A DNA stretch of 64,000 bases from Candidatus Aenigmatarchaeota archaeon (GCA_043802485.1 JAZDKZ010000001.1:32001-96000); one strand, 5' to 3'. Numbered from the stretch's first letter, positions 37,732 to 48,045 are shown. Numbers and translations: made by a program. Notes: generated by a model from the letters alone, not told the origin.

Positions 37732-37803
37732 TGGACTGGCTGGGAATTGAACCCAGAATCTCTGCTGTGCGAGAGCAGCGTCTTACCGTTCGACTACCAG
37801 CCC
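37732..37803 (-). tRNA. tRNA-Ala(CGC)
   Basis: G3:U70 pair, CTGCT/AGCAG stem around CTCGCAC. Confidence 0.95.
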
Positions 37804-37836
37804 TTATTATAAATTATAATCCAAAAGATATTTTAT

Positions 37837-38547
37837 ATGATTATCTCTGCTATATCAGACCTCGATATTCTGGGTGTTGACCTGGAACCGCTGTGGGACA
37901 TCTTCAAAAAAGCCCAAGAGCCAGACCTTCTGCTGTTTGCAGGCGATATGTACGATTTCAGGACACCTGAGACATACGGCTTAATACTAGATTTCATCGA
38001 GATGATAAAGTGGAAGTGCCCGATAGTCGCGGTTTTCGGCAACCATGAGTTTGACGATGAGATAAAGGACATAAAGAAAATAACTAAAAAAAGAATAAAA
38101 TTTCTTGAAGACGACAGCACTGTCTTGAATATAGGGGGAAAGAAGGTTGGTATTGTCGGTTCCACAGGCATTCTTGACTCTCCTACTTGGTGGCAGTTCA
38201 ATAATAGTCCTGATATGGACGATGAGTATAAAAGTCTGAAGGAGAACATAAGGAAGATGATGCTTGCCTTGAAGGGTGACATAAGAATTCTCTTGACCCA
38301 TTACGCCCCCACATACAAGACTCTGAAAGGCGAGAATAGTAGATACTATTCTGTCATAGGTTCCAAGAAGATGGAGAAGGTAATCAAAGAGACCAAGCCC
38401 ACTTTTGCTGTTCATGGCCATGCACACTACGGTCTGCCGCTTGCATTTGTTGGTTCAGTGCCAGTTTTTAATGTCTGTTTTGAGGTAAATAAGAAAATAA
38501 TCGAGATAGACACTGACAAGCTTCCTAGACGGAAAAAGACCAGATAA
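37837..38547 (+). CDS. calcineurin-like metallophosphoesterase
   Basis: SDL, AGD, GNHE, THYAP, HGHAH. Confidence 0.9.
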   Translation: MIISAISDLDILGVDLEPLWDIFKKAQEPDLLLFAGDMYDFRTPETYGLILDFIEMIKWKCPIVAVFGNHEFDDEIKDIKKITKKRIKFLEDDSTVLNIGGKKVGIVGSTGILDSPTWWQFNNSPDMDDEYKSLKENIRKMMLALKGDIRILLTHYAPTYKTLKGENSRYYSVIGSKKMEKVIKETKPTFAVHGHAHYGLPLAFVGSVPVFNVCFEVNKKIIEIDTDKLPRRKKTR

Positions 38548-38593
38548 GACAAAGCAAAAACATTTATCTATTTACAATCATAAAAATCCTTCT

Positions 38594-40990
38594 ATGCAGA
38601 AGAAGTATGACCCAAAGGAAGTCGAGCCTAGAATACTAAAGTTCTGGGAAGACCAGAAAGTATTCGCTTTTGACAGAGATTGTAAGAAAACCATATTTTC
38701 CATTGACACGCCACCGCCTTACGCGTCTGCAGACCATCTTCACGCGGGGCATGCGATGCACTACGCTCAGTTCGAGTTTGTTGCTAGGTTCAAAAGAATG
38801 AGAGGATTCAATGTTCTTTTTCCGATGGGCTTTGATGACAACGGGCTTCCTACTGAAAGGTTTGTTGAAAAAAAATACAACGTCAACAAGTCAAAGACAA
38901 CTAGGTCCGAGTTCATAAAACTGTGCTTGGATGAGACCAAAAGAATGGGCAAGATATACAGAGAAATGTGGACCAAAGTCGGTCTGAGCGTTGACTGGTC
39001 CCTGCTTTATACTACGATAAGCCCTTTCTGTCAGAAGTTGGCACAAAAATCTTTCATCGAACTTTATAAAAATAAGAGACTGGAAAGGGTAGAGGACCCG
39101 ATAATGTGGTGCATTCAGTGCCAGACCGCCATATCGCAGGCTGATCTGGAAGACCTTGAAAAGAGCTCCATGTTCGTTGATGTAAAGTTCAAGTTCAAGG
39201 AAGACGGTTCAGACATAATAATTGCGACAACAAGGCCAGAGTTGATTCCTGCTTGCGTTGCATTGTTTGTTAATCCCAATGATGAAAGGTACAAGAATCA
39301 TGTGGGAAAGAAGGCCGTCATACCATTATTCAATTACGAGGTTCCCATATTGGTAGATGAAAGCGTTGCCATGGATGTTGGTACAGGCTTCATGATGGTC
39401 TGCACATGGGGGGATGTAGAGGATGTTGAGAAATGGAGAAAATACAAACTTGACACGAGGCTTGTCATCAATGAGAAAGGAATAATGAATGAACTGGCAA
39501 GAAAATATGAGGGCATGCATATCAAAAAGATGAGGAATGCCATTCTGGAGGATTTGGAAAAGGAAGGCCTGATAACTGGCAAGAAGGACATAACACATGT
39601 CACTAATGTTCACGAGAGGTGCGGCACTCCGATAGAGATATTCAAGACTCCCCAATGGTTTATCAAGATTCTTGACAAGAAGGAAGAACTGATCAAGCAG
39701 GTCAATAAGGTGAACTGGTATCCTGACTATATGAGAATAAGGGCAGAGCACTGGATACAAAACTTGGGTTGGAACTGGTGCATATCCAGGCAGAGATTCT
39801 ATGGCATTCCTTTTCCTGTCTGGTACTGCAAGAAATGTAACAGCGTGATTCTTCCGGACGAGAAGGACCTTCCGGTGAATCCGGTCGAGCAAAAACCCGG
39901 TAAGAAATGTGTTTGTGGTTCGGAAGATTTCGAGCCAGAGATGGACGTCATGGACACTTGGATGACTTCATCGCTCACGCCCCAGATAGTTCTCAGATGG
40001 GGTGAGAAGGACAGCTTGATGGAAAAGGAGTTCCCGATGTCTCTGAGACCGCAGGGTCATGATATAATAAGGACATGGGCCTTCTATACAATTGTCAAGG
40101 CCTATTACCACGAGGACAGCGTCCCGTGGAAAGACATAATGATATCAGGTCATGGCCAGGACCCGAAAGGAAAGAAGATGTCGAAGAGCAAGGGAAACAT
40201 TGTTACAGTAAATGAAGTTATCGATAAATATTCTGCAGATGCTTTGAGATTCTGGGCGGCTTCGGTCAAGCTAGGGAACGACCTGCCCTACAGCGAGAAG
40301 GATGTCGTTACCGGTCAGAAGCTCTGTACAAAGCTATGGAACGCCTCCAAGTTTGTGAGTCAGTTCATATCAAAGATTGAAAAACCAGAATTGGAAATAA
40401 TTGACAAGTGGCTGCTGAGCAAGTTGACTAACCTTGTTGAAACCTCTACAAAAAGCTTTGAAATTTATGAATATTCTGACGCGAAAAGGGAAATAGAAAA
40501 TTTCTTCTGGCACACCTTCTGCGACAACTATCTTGAGATGGTGAAGCACCGCGCGTACAACGGCGATGAGTCTGCAAAGTATACGCTGTATAAATCACTG
40601 CTGACTGTTCTCAAGCTGTTCGCACCAATAATACCTTTCATTACAGAGGAAATCTACCAGAACCTTTTCAAGGAGAATGAAAAAGATAATTCTATTCATA
40701 TATCATCTTGGTCTGTTGTCGAGAAGGAATTGATTGACAGTGAGACAGAGAGCACAGGCGACATGGCGGTCGCCATAGTATCTGCCGTCAGGCAATATAA
40801 GAGCAGCAACGGTTTGGCGCTCAACTCAGAGGTTCAGAAACTTGTGATAGAATGCGAAGATAAGGAGACGCGGCAAAAGGTGGAGCTGGTTTCGGAAGAC
40901 ATAAAGGGAACCATGAACGTCAAAGAGATTGCTTTTGAAAAAGGCGACGTGGAAGTGGAAGGATACAAGATTAAAATCAGTGTAAAATAA
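38594..40990 (+). CDS. valS: valine--tRNA ligase
   Basis: IDTPPP, HAGH, WCISRQR, KMSKSKGN. Confidence 0.97.
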   Translation: MQKKYDPKEVEPRILKFWEDQKVFAFDRDCKKTIFSIDTPPPYASADHLHAGHAMHYAQFEFVARFKRMRGFNVLFPMGFDDNGLPTERFVEKKYNVNKSKTTRSEFIKLCLDETKRMGKIYREMWTKVGLSVDWSLLYTTISPFCQKLAQKSFIELYKNKRLERVEDPIMWCIQCQTAISQADLEDLEKSSMFVDVKFKFKEDGSDIIIATTRPELIPACVALFVNPNDERYKNHVGKKAVIPLFNYEVPILVDESVAMDVGTGFMMVCTWGDVEDVEKWRKYKLDTRLVINEKGIMNELARKYEGMHIKKMRNAILEDLEKEGLITGKKDITHVTNVHERCGTPIEIFKTPQWFIKILDKKEELIKQVNKVNWYPDYMRIRAEHWIQNLGWNWCISRQRFYGIPFPVWYCKKCNSVILPDEKDLPVNPVEQKPGKKCVCGSEDFEPEMDVMDTWMTSSLTPQIVLRWGEKDSLMEKEFPMSLRPQGHDIIRTWAFYTIVKAYYHEDSVPWKDIMISGHGQDPKGKKMSKSKGNIVTVNEVIDKYSADALRFWAASVKLGNDLPYSEKDVVTGQKLCTKLWNASKFVSQFISKIEKPELEIIDKWLLSKLTNLVETSTKSFEIYEYSDAKREIENFFWHTFCDNYLEMVKHRAYNGDESAKYTLYKSLLTVLKLFAPIIPFITEEIYQNLFKENEKDNSIHISSWSVVEKELIDSETESTGDMAVAIVSAVRQYKSSNGLALNSEVQKLVIECEDKETRQKVELVSEDIKGTMNVKEIAFEKGDVEVEGYKIKISVK

Positions 40991-41085
40991 AAAATCATTT
41001 ATATAGTTTGATAATAAAATCTAGTTGTGAGAGAAATGGAAGCTTCAAATCCGACCAATTGACTAGTTTCTTTATAGTGATTTAA

Positions 41086-42168
41086 ATGGTAGACCAAACT
41101 ACATACAAACTGAAAAAACTGCTTGACCAACTTGACGAGATCAGGGGAAGGCACACAGAGATGGTCAGTGTCTTTATTCCTGCAGACTACAACCTTCAGG
41201 AGATAGTCAACATGCTCAAACAGGAATATACCCTGACAGAGAATGTCAAGAACAAGACGGTTAGGAACAACGTGCTTGGCGCCATTGATAAGATTCTGTA
41301 CGAGCTAAGGTCATACAAAAAGACGCCAAAGAACGGTTTGGCTCTTTTTGCTGGCAATGTTTCTGAGAACGAGGGCCAGACAGACATACAGCTCTGGTCG
41401 ATAAATCCTCCTGATAAACTGAATGTCAAAAAGTACTGGTGCGACAAAAAGTTCGAGACAGAGCCGTTAAGGGAGATGGTCGCGGAGAAGGAAGTGTACG
41501 GGCTATTGGTTCTTGACAACAAGGAAGCTGCCATCGGTATTTTGAAAGGAAAAAAGATAGAAATGCTAAAGGAGATGGGATCCATGGTTCCAGGCAAGTT
41601 CAGAAAGGGAGGGCAGAGCGCATCCCGTTTCGAAAGGGTCCGTGAGGGTTTGATTAACGACTGGTACAAGAAGATCGCCCAGACTGCAAGAGAATATTTT
41701 GAAAAGACCCCGAATCTGAAGGGAATACTTGTTGGAGGTCCTGGTCCTGCCAAGAACGACTTTCTTGATGGTGCTTATCTTTTGACTGAATTGGGAAAGA
41801 AGGTGCTGGGGTTTGAGAATACTGGTTACACAGACGAGCAGGGCTTGGAGGAGCTGGTGCAGAGGGCCGAGAGCATACTGGCAGAGGCTGCTGTGGCAAA
41901 GGAGAAGGCCCTTGTGCAGAAATTCTTTGAGGAATTAAAGAAGAGCAGCGGCTTGGCTGCATACGGCAAGGATAAGATAATGAAGTTCATGCAGATGGGC
42001 GCTGTTGACATTGTCTTGATTTCAATGGGAAGCGAGGACGACGAGATAATAGAAACAGCAGGCAACTATGGCACTACTGTAGAAATAATATCAACAGAGA
42101 CCAGGGAAGGCGAGCAGCTAAACAGCCTGGGCGGCACGGCCGCCATTCTAAGATGGAAAGTGCAGTAA
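41086..42168 (+). CDS. prf1: peptide chain release factor aRF1
   Basis: RGRHTE, YWCDKKF, KGGQS. Confidence 0.97.
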   Translation: MVDQTTYKLKKLLDQLDEIRGRHTEMVSVFIPADYNLQEIVNMLKQEYTLTENVKNKTVRNNVLGAIDKILYELRSYKKTPKNGLALFAGNVSENEGQTDIQLWSINPPDKLNVKKYWCDKKFETEPLREMVAEKEVYGLLVLDNKEAAIGILKGKKIEMLKEMGSMVPGKFRKGGQSASRFERVREGLINDWYKKIAQTAREYFEKTPNLKGILVGGPGPAKNDFLDGAYLLTELGKKVLGFENTGYTDEQGLEELVQRAESILAEAAVAKEKALVQKFFEELKKSSGLAAYGKDKIMKFMQMGAVDIVLISMGSEDDEIIETAGNYGTTVEIISTETREGEQLNSLGGTAAILRWKVQ

Positions 42169-42651
42169 TCATTTCAGCAGTTCCACATGGTCTGATGCGT
42201 GCCTCAATGATATCGCAAGCCCGCTATCAACTGCTATCAATAATGTTACTTTTCCCTTTTCCTTTGCCTTCTGAATCAGGGGAAGAAAGTCCGCGTCCCT
42301 TGACGACAGGGCTATTATGTCTATCTCAGGGTTGTATATGGCTTCCATGGCATGGACTGCCACCGAGACATCGACGTCAGTCTTCTGCTCAGGGTCTCCC
42401 AAAGCTATCACAGTTTCAAAGCCCTCGTTGGCAACAGCCTCTATCAGCTTTTCTGAGGCGAACTGGTTGAGAAACACCTTGCCAATTGTGATTCTTCCAT
42501 ATTTTTCAATCCTTTTTCTCAAGTCCTTGAGATTAAGGTTGAACTCCTTTCTTATCATGTTGGGCCCGTCTATGAAAAAAGCCACCTTGGGCCTTTCAGC
42601 CATCTTGCTCCTTATTTTTTCCAGACCGTCTTTAACCCCGCCGAAAACCAT
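42169..42651 (-). CDS. NYN domain protein (TIGR00288-like)
   Basis: FIDGPN, DVDV, SRDADF. Confidence 0.92.
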   Translation of the reverse strand: MVFGGVKDGLEKIRSKMAERPKVAFFIDGPNMIRKEFNLNLKDLRKRIEKYGRITIGKVFLNQFASEKLIEAVANEGFETVIALGDPEQKTDVDVSVAVHAMEAIYNPEIDIIALSSRDADFLPLIQKAKEKGKVTLLIAVDSGLAISLRHASDHVELLK

Positions 42652-42695
42652 AAATTCACCTACCCTTACTGTTTGTCTAATCTTTTTAAGTGATG

Positions 42696-43028
42696 CTACT
42701 TGCCGTCCCCGATTTCAGGCAACTTGGGAGTTGGGGGAGGATTTTGCGCAGATTTGTCCGGTGTAGGCGGATTTTCAGAATATCTAGTGTTCTTAGAAGA
42801 CATCTCCTTCTCGATTGAGCTTCTAATCACAGGAGAAAACCTTATGCTTTTGAGCAGAAACCTTACCTCTTCCAATTGCAGGGTCAGGTCCCTTCTCAGC
42901 TTTCTCAGATCCCTGAGTTCTATCATTGAAAAAATTATGTAAAACAACATAGCAATGTTCAAAAACAAAAGAAATTCTGCTACAGGCAACTCGAATCCCA
43001 ATACTTCAAGACCTAGCACAAAAACCAT
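42696..43028 (-). CDS. hypothetical membrane protein
   Basis: TM, coiled-coil, Pro-rich tail; AGGTG SD. Confidence 0.65.
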   Translation of the reverse strand: MVFVLGLEVLGFELPVAEFLLFLNIAMLFYIIFSMIELRDLRKLRRDLTLQLEEVRFLLKSIRFSPVIRSSIEKEMSSKNTRYSENPPTPDKSAQNPPPTPKLPEIGDGK

Positions 43029-43069
43029 CTAAACACCTATACCTTAATTGCATGAAGGGGTTAATAAAA

Positions 43070-43846
43070 TTAGCCCATGTCCAAATTGAAGAATTTTATC
43101 GCGTTTTCCCCACATTGCTTCCAGACCTGCTCGAAAGGGATGTTTTTTACCTCTGAAACCTTTTCAGCGACTGTTTTGATTGATAGCGGGGTGTTCCTGA
43201 CATCCAATCCTTCCAATAGCCTTTTAGGAGCCAGCCATGGCGAGTCTGTTTCTAGCATCAGTCTTTCCAGGGGCGTTTCACTGACTATTTTCTTGTGCTT
43301 CTTGCTCCTGAGCATGATTGTATTCATGGATATGTTCCAGCCGTTCTGTAAAATTCTTCCTACCAGCTTATCCGCCCCCCACATGTGAAAATTGACGTTT
43401 TTGGCGTCCTGGCCTTCCAAAATCTGGATGGTCCCTTCAAACACTTCCCTTGAATGGATGATCAAGGGTTTATCCAGTTCCTTTGCCAGCTCTATCATCT
43501 GTATGAACAAATCCTTCTGCTTCTTTCTCCAGACCTCTTTTCTAATGTACCAGTAATCAAGACCAGTTTCTCCTATGGCTGTTATTTTATCCTTATTTTT
43601 AACAATAAGGTCCAAAAAGTTGTCCCTTTCTTTTATTGACATTTCTTTGACATGTTCTGGGTGTATTCCACATGAGGCGAACACAAAGCCCTTGTAATCG
43701 TCAACCATCCTCATCGTGAGCTCAAAATCCCTTGGATGGGCGCAAGAAGTTATAACAGCCTTTAGTTCCTTTCTGCAGGCCTCTACCACTTCATCCCTGT
43801 CATTGTCATAATCCTTCTGCTCAAGATGGCAGTGTACATCGATCAT
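43070..43846 (-). CDS. tatD: TatD family DNase
   Basis: DVHCH, GIHP, IGETGLDY, ETDSP. Confidence 0.95.
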   Translation of the reverse strand: MIDVHCHLEQKDYDNDRDEVVEACRKELKAVITSCAHPRDFELTMRMVDDYKGFVFASCGIHPEHVKEMSIKERDNFLDLIVKNKDKITAIGETGLDYWYIRKEVWRKKQKDLFIQMIELAKELDKPLIIHSREVFEGTIQILEGQDAKNVNFHMWGADKLVGRILQNGWNISMNTIMLRSKKHKKIVSETPLERLMLETDSPWLAPKRLLEGLDVRNTPLSIKTVAEKVSEVKNIPFEQVWKQCGENAIKFFNLDMG

Positions 43847-43893
43847 AAGAATTATTTACAGTTGTAATATTTGAAAATAACACAAGAAGATAA

Positions 43894-44346
43894 TCAAGAA
43901 AACTTGTACCTTTCACAGACGTACTTTAGCGCATTCTTTTGGTTCTTATGGGTAAGTATCTCCAGAGCCTCTTCCTTGCTTACCCACATGTACTTGTCGT
44001 GCTCCCTCTTATCCAGCTTGATACTCTTGCTGAATGCTTCGATAACGAATACATACCCCTTTGCTCCGTGGTAAATGTGTTTGTCCTTGACAAAGCCTTT
44101 AGGGAACTTGAACCTTATGTAATGCCTTGTCTTGGCAATTATCTTAAACTTCTTTTTTCCAGTCTCCTCTCTAATTTCCCTTTTCAGGCAATCTATGATA
44201 TTCTCATTATCCTCCTTGCCGCCTTTGAGCAGCTCCCAGCCATTCCAGTTCTTTATTCTGTGGAGTATCAGAAACTGCGGATACTTTCTCCTGAGAAAGA
44301 CCACACCAAAGATGCATCTCCTGTACTTTCTCTTCATGTTTCTCAA
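43894..44346 (-). CDS. NUDIX hydrolase
   Basis: KGGKEDNE...REIREETG Nudix box. Confidence 0.92.
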   Translation of the reverse strand: MRNMKRKYRRCIFGVVFLRRKYPQFLILHRIKNWNGWELLKGGKEDNENIIDCLKREIREETGKKKFKIIAKTRHYIRFKFPKGFVKDKHIYHGAKGYVFVIEAFSKSIKLDKREHDKYMWVSKEEALEILTHKNQKNALKYVCERYKFS

Positions 44347-44379
44347 CTATTTTTATGTGCAAACTGATATGTATAATTT

Positions 44380-44739
44380 ATGAGGGTTGTTCTTGACACC
44401 AATTTTTTTGTTTCAGCTGTGAATTTCAAGATGGATTTGTTTTCAGAGCTGAGAGGACATGAGATTTATGTCACAGAACCTGTTCTAATTGAATTGGAGG
44501 AGATTGCAAAAGGGAACGGCAAGGACGCCTTTTCTGCTAGAGTATCCCTGAAACTGGTCGAGGAAAAGGGTTTAAAAGTATTGGAACCCAAAGAAAAGGA
44601 AGCTGATGTCTCCCTTCTGGAGCTGAGTAAGCAGGGATATGCCATAGCAACGCAGGACAAGAGGCTCAGGGAAAAGCTTAAGAGAACTGGGTCAAAGATT
44701 ATATTTATAAGACAGAGAAAATATGTTGTTTTTGAGTGA
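44380..44739 (+). CDS. PIN domain protein (Fcf1/Utp24-like)
   Basis: VLDTNF, IATQD, FIRQRK; linked to the rpoE cluster. Confidence 0.9.
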   Translation: MRVVLDTNFFVSAVNFKMDLFSELRGHEIYVTEPVLIELEEIAKGNGKDAFSARVSLKLVEEKGLKVLEPKEKEADVSLLELSKQGYAIATQDKRLREKLKRTGSKIIFIRQRKYVVFE

Positions 44740-44743
44740 TTTT

Positions 44744-45241
44744 ATGGATATTTCAAAACTAGAGCCGGGAACAAAGGATTTGGTGAATGTTTTCGTCGAG
44801 TCAGAGAAAGGCTCGAAGAGCTATTACAAGTACGACCAGAAGACAGGCTTTTTCAATCTGGAAAAGGTCCTCAAACTGCCGTTCACAGGCTCGTTCGGTT
44901 TTGTGCCCAAGACGCATCATGTTGACGCCAATACATTGGATGTCATGATACTGGCTTCAGACTCGATAAAGCAGGGCATAGTCGTGCAGGCAAGGCCTAT
45001 CGGCATCGTGAGGCTAAAAGCCCAGATACCTGATGATGTGCTGATTGCAGTCTCCATAGCAGACAAAGAGTATGAAAAACTTAAGGACATCTCGGAAGTG
45101 GATGACGATACGGTGAAAAATTTAAAAGCCTTTCTGGAAGAATTTAAAGAGCTAAAGGTGGAGAACGTCCTTGACTCGGTCCATGCCAAGAATTCGGTGA
45201 GAAGGTCCATGGAGCTCTACCAGAGGAGCGTAAACAGATGA
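44744..45241 (+). CDS. ppa: family I inorganic pyrophosphatase homolog with degenerate active site
   Basis: overall pattern VE...GFVPKT..D...LDV...RPIG...DD; position before rpoE. Confidence 0.8.
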   Translation: MDISKLEPGTKDLVNVFVESEKGSKSYYKYDQKTGFFNLEKVLKLPFTGSFGFVPKTHHVDANTLDVMILASDSIKQGIVVQARPIGIVRLKAQIPDDVLIAVSIADKEYEKLKDISEVDDDTVKNLKAFLEEFKELKVENVLDSVHAKNSVRRSMELYQRSVNR

Positions 45242-45588
45242 TATTGAAATCATTTTCGCCGAGCGGCGGAAAGATACTCGGGCTTATCATAATATTCGCC
45301 TTGGTTGCGTCATATGCCTTTGTTCCTGCGTTGACAAACCCGCAGGCATGTACTAGTGGCTGCACAATAGAAATAGGATACCCGTTAAAGTTCCTGTTTT
45401 ACGAGATGGGAACGCAGACACAAGGCTTTATGAATTACAATATCGTTAATTTTATAATCGATTTAGTTATTGTTTATTTTTCATTATGCTTATTGTCGTT
45501 GATTTTAAACTTAGGGAGGAGAAAAAATGTACCAAATAATAACAGCGGAGGACGAGGTAGCAGTCCCGCCGACCAAATTGGGATCTAA
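45238..45588 (+). CDS. hypothetical 2-TM membrane protein inserted between ppa and rpoE
   Basis: ATGA overlap with ppa; two TM around a C..C..GYP loop. Confidence 0.65.
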   Translation: MILKSFSPSGGKILGLIIIFALVASYAFVPALTNPQACTSGCTIEIGYPLKFLFYEMGTQTQGFMNYNIVNFIIDLVIVYFSLCLLSLILNLGRRKNVPNNNSGGRGSSPADQIGI

Positions 45589-46114
45589 CATAGAAAAGGC
45601 TGTCAAAGAGTCCATAGAGGAGAGTTTTGAGGGCAGGATAGACAACACTGTAGGCGTCGTGCTCTCTGTCACAGAAATTGATGATATCAAAGAGGGAACA
45701 ATCATTCCAGGCAATCCTTCTGTTCTTTATCCTGTTCGCTTCAAGATGCTGACATGGATGCCCAAGCAGCATGAGATTGTCGAGGGAGAGGTGGTTGACA
45801 TAACAGAGTTCGGCGCCTTCATCAGGTGCGGCGCTTTGGACGGCTTGGTGCATGTCTCCCAGATAATGGACGACTTTGTCAGTTACGACGAGAAGAACGC
45901 TCAGCTTGTCGGCAAGCAGACCAGGAGAGTTTTGAAGGAAGGTGACAAGGTCAGGGCAAGGATAATTTCCGTTTCTTTCACAGAGCAGAGCAAGCTCGGC
46001 TTGACAATGAGGCAGCCTTTCCTAGGCAACATAAAGTGGCTCACAGATGAGAAGAAGGAAGAGAAGAAAGCTGCTCCAAAGAAGGTCGCGAAGAAGAAGG
46101 CAAAGAAAAAGTGA
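45527..46114 (+). CDS. rpoE1: RNA polymerase subunit Rpo7 (E')
   Basis: EGEVVDITEFGAF, DGLVHVSQI, GLTMRQP. Confidence 0.97.
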   Translation: MYQIITAEDEVAVPPTKLGSNIEKAVKESIEESFEGRIDNTVGVVLSVTEIDDIKEGTIIPGNPSVLYPVRFKMLTWMPKQHEIVEGEVVDITEFGAFIRCGALDGLVHVSQIMDDFVSYDEKNAQLVGKQTRRVLKEGDKVRARIISVSFTEQSKLGLTMRQPFLGNIKWLTDEKKEEKKAAPKKVAKKKAKKK

Positions 46115-46118
46115 TTAG

Positions 46119-46301
46119 ATGGTTGAAAAAGCGTGCAGGGTCTGCAGAAGGATTGTAAAGGGAAGCATGTGCCCCATGTGCAAGAGCACGGATCTTACAA
46201 AGAGCTGGAGAGGCTCCCTGATAATCATAAACGCAGATTCTGATATTGCAAGGGAAGCCGGCATTACTGCTCCTGGCAGGTATGCTGTGAGAGTAAAGTG
46301 A
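46119..46301 (+). CDS. spt4: transcription elongation factor Spt4
   Basis: ACRVC...CPMC...W.G...PGRYAVRV. Confidence 0.96.
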   Translation: MVEKACRVCRRIVKGSMCPMCKSTDLTKSWRGSLIIINADSDIAREAGITAPGRYAVRVK

Positions 46302-46967
46302 TTATTTCTTCTTTACTTTCTTTAGAACCATTCTTTTCTTTGACCATCTTATTGCGTATTCTGCTACCACAAGAGCAACGCCTATCGCTATAAGGGCTAT
46401 TGATATCAAGGCCATCTTCTCAAGGCCGCTGCCAAGATATTTGGATATCATGTTCTCGGCAGAAGCGCCTGAGAACATCAGAACAAGCTCAGGAGTTAGC
46501 AGGGAAATAAGAAGCGTTATCGATGAAATCGATATGATGTCCTTGCCAAGGGTTGACAGCGGGCTCTCTGAGACCACAAGTATCATCGCAGCCGAGACGA
46601 CCGTCAAAGCAAAGAATAGAAACGTTTGGTTCATTAGGGAGACAGCGTCGTCCATTGACTGGCCCATAATCTCTCTCTCGTAGAGATGGTCGATAACGTT
46701 GCCAGTCTCGTTAATCCTCAGTTCCACGCTTTCCATGCATTGGTCGACGCACCTTTCAAGCACATCCTCTGTTATCCCCTCAAAGTTCTGGCACTGCGCC
46801 CTGCACTCGGGCTCCATTATATCAGGCCCCATTGTTGATTGGGCAAATGCCTTCAGGTTCTCCTTTTGCAGGGAATCACCTATGGTCTGCGTTGTAACAA
46901 GGGTCAGAAGCGCAAAAGTGAACAACGACGAAAGCAGGAAAACTCCCACTCCTCTAAGGATTGACAT
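46302..46967 (-). CDS. hypothetical membrane protein with Cys-containing extracellular loop
   Basis: 4 TM segments; CxxxC twice. Confidence 0.7.
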   Translation of the reverse strand: MSILRGVGVFLLSSLFTFALLTLVTTQTIGDSLQKENLKAFAQSTMGPDIMEPECRAQCQNFEGITEDVLERCVDQCMESVELRINETGNVIDHLYEREIMGQSMDDAVSLMNQTFLFFALTVVSAAMILVVSESPLSTLGKDIISISSITLLISLLTPELVLMFSGASAENMISKYLGSGLEKMALISIALIAIGVALVVAEYAIRWSKKRMVLKKVKKK

Positions 46968-47005
46968 AAATTTATATAGATTGCTTATATAAAATAAGTG
47001 TGATT

Positions 47006-47416
47006 ATGATGGACTTCAAGGTACTTGAGGAAAAGGACAATCCTGTCCTGAAAAGGAAAGAGATAATTGGTTCTTTGGACTATGGCAGGGGCTGCACGCC
47101 CAGCAAGGCGGCTCTGCAGAAGCTTCTGGCAGACCAGCTGAAGGCCAACATAGAGAACATTGAGATAACAAAGATACTTTCCGAGTCAGGTATGGCAAAG
47201 GGAACTGCTTGGATAAAGGTGTGGCAGGAGAAGAAGGTGCCTTTGTACAAGACAAAGAAGGAAGCCGAAGAAAAGGTAGAGGAAAAGCCAATAGAACAAT
47301 CAAAAGAAGCTCCAAACGAGGAAGCAAAAGTGCAAGAGAAACCGGCTGAGCAGCCAAAAGCAGAGGCTGAGCCAAAGAAAGAGGAAACTCTATCAGAAGA
47401 GAAAGGTGAGCAATAA
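47006..47416 (+). CDS. rps24e: 30S ribosomal protein eS24 with acidic C-terminal extension
   Basis: NPVLKRKEI, TPSK; synteny. Confidence 0.93.
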   Translation: MMDFKVLEEKDNPVLKRKEIIGSLDYGRGCTPSKAALQKLLADQLKANIENIEITKILSESGMAKGTAWIKVWQEKKVPLYKTKKEAEEKVEEKPIEQSKEAPNEEAKVQEKPAEQPKAEAEPKKEETLSEEKGEQ

Positions 47417-47631
47417 TGGGAAAGAAGAAGAAGTCAAAGGAAAGAAAAGGAAAAAGAGCTCCAAGCAAGAGCAAGCACAAAAAAATTGTAATGCACAAGA
47501 GATATAATGGTGCAAAGATAAAGGGAAAATGGTGTCCCAGATGTGGACCAGGTGTTTTGCTAGCTAAGCACAAGAATCGCGTGACATGCGGCAAGTGCAA
47601 CTATTCTGAGATTGAAGTTGTGAAGAAATAA
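47416..47631 (+). CDS. rps27ae: 30S ribosomal protein eS31 (S27ae)
   Basis: CPRCGPGVLLA.H..R.TCGKC. Confidence 0.96.
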   Translation: MGKKKKSKERKGKRAPSKSKHKKIVMHKRYNGAKIKGKWCPRCGPGVLLAKHKNRVTCGKCNYSEIEVVKK

Positions 47632-48045
47632 TTAATTATTATTTAACTTATATTTCTTTAATTCTCCCATCTGTTTTATTACAGAAGGCAGATAATGTAT
47701 TTCTCCTTTGTCTATGCCAAATTTATCATTCATCCATGTTATAATATTTTGTTCGTCGTCTTCTTCACAACTTTCCCTTCTTTTATTACAGAAAGAGCAA
47801 ATATCATCTATGTTTTCCACAGTTTCCAACCAACCATCCCCATTATTCACAACTTCTTTACAATATTCTATTACCTTGTTTACAGTTTCTTCATCGTATT
47901 CTACTTGTTCAGAATCATTTTTTTGATCTAACTTGGATAGATAAGGTTCATTAATTTTTTTTCTTATTGTTTCCTCCCCCTCTAGAATAAAACCATATAA
48001 AAAATTTATATGATGAGGTCTCAACCTATAGAGCTTGGCTTCCAT
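47632..48045 (-). CDS. DUF1284-like protein (AT-rich)
   Basis: RLRPHH and DDICSFC motifs. Confidence 0.7.
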   Translation of the reverse strand: MEAKLYRLRPHHINFLYGFILEGEETIRKKINEPYLSKLDQKNDSEQVEYDEETVNKVIEYCKEVVNNGDGWLETVENIDDICSFCNKRRESCEEDDEQNIITWMNDKFGIDKGEIHYLPSVIKQMGELKKYKLNNN

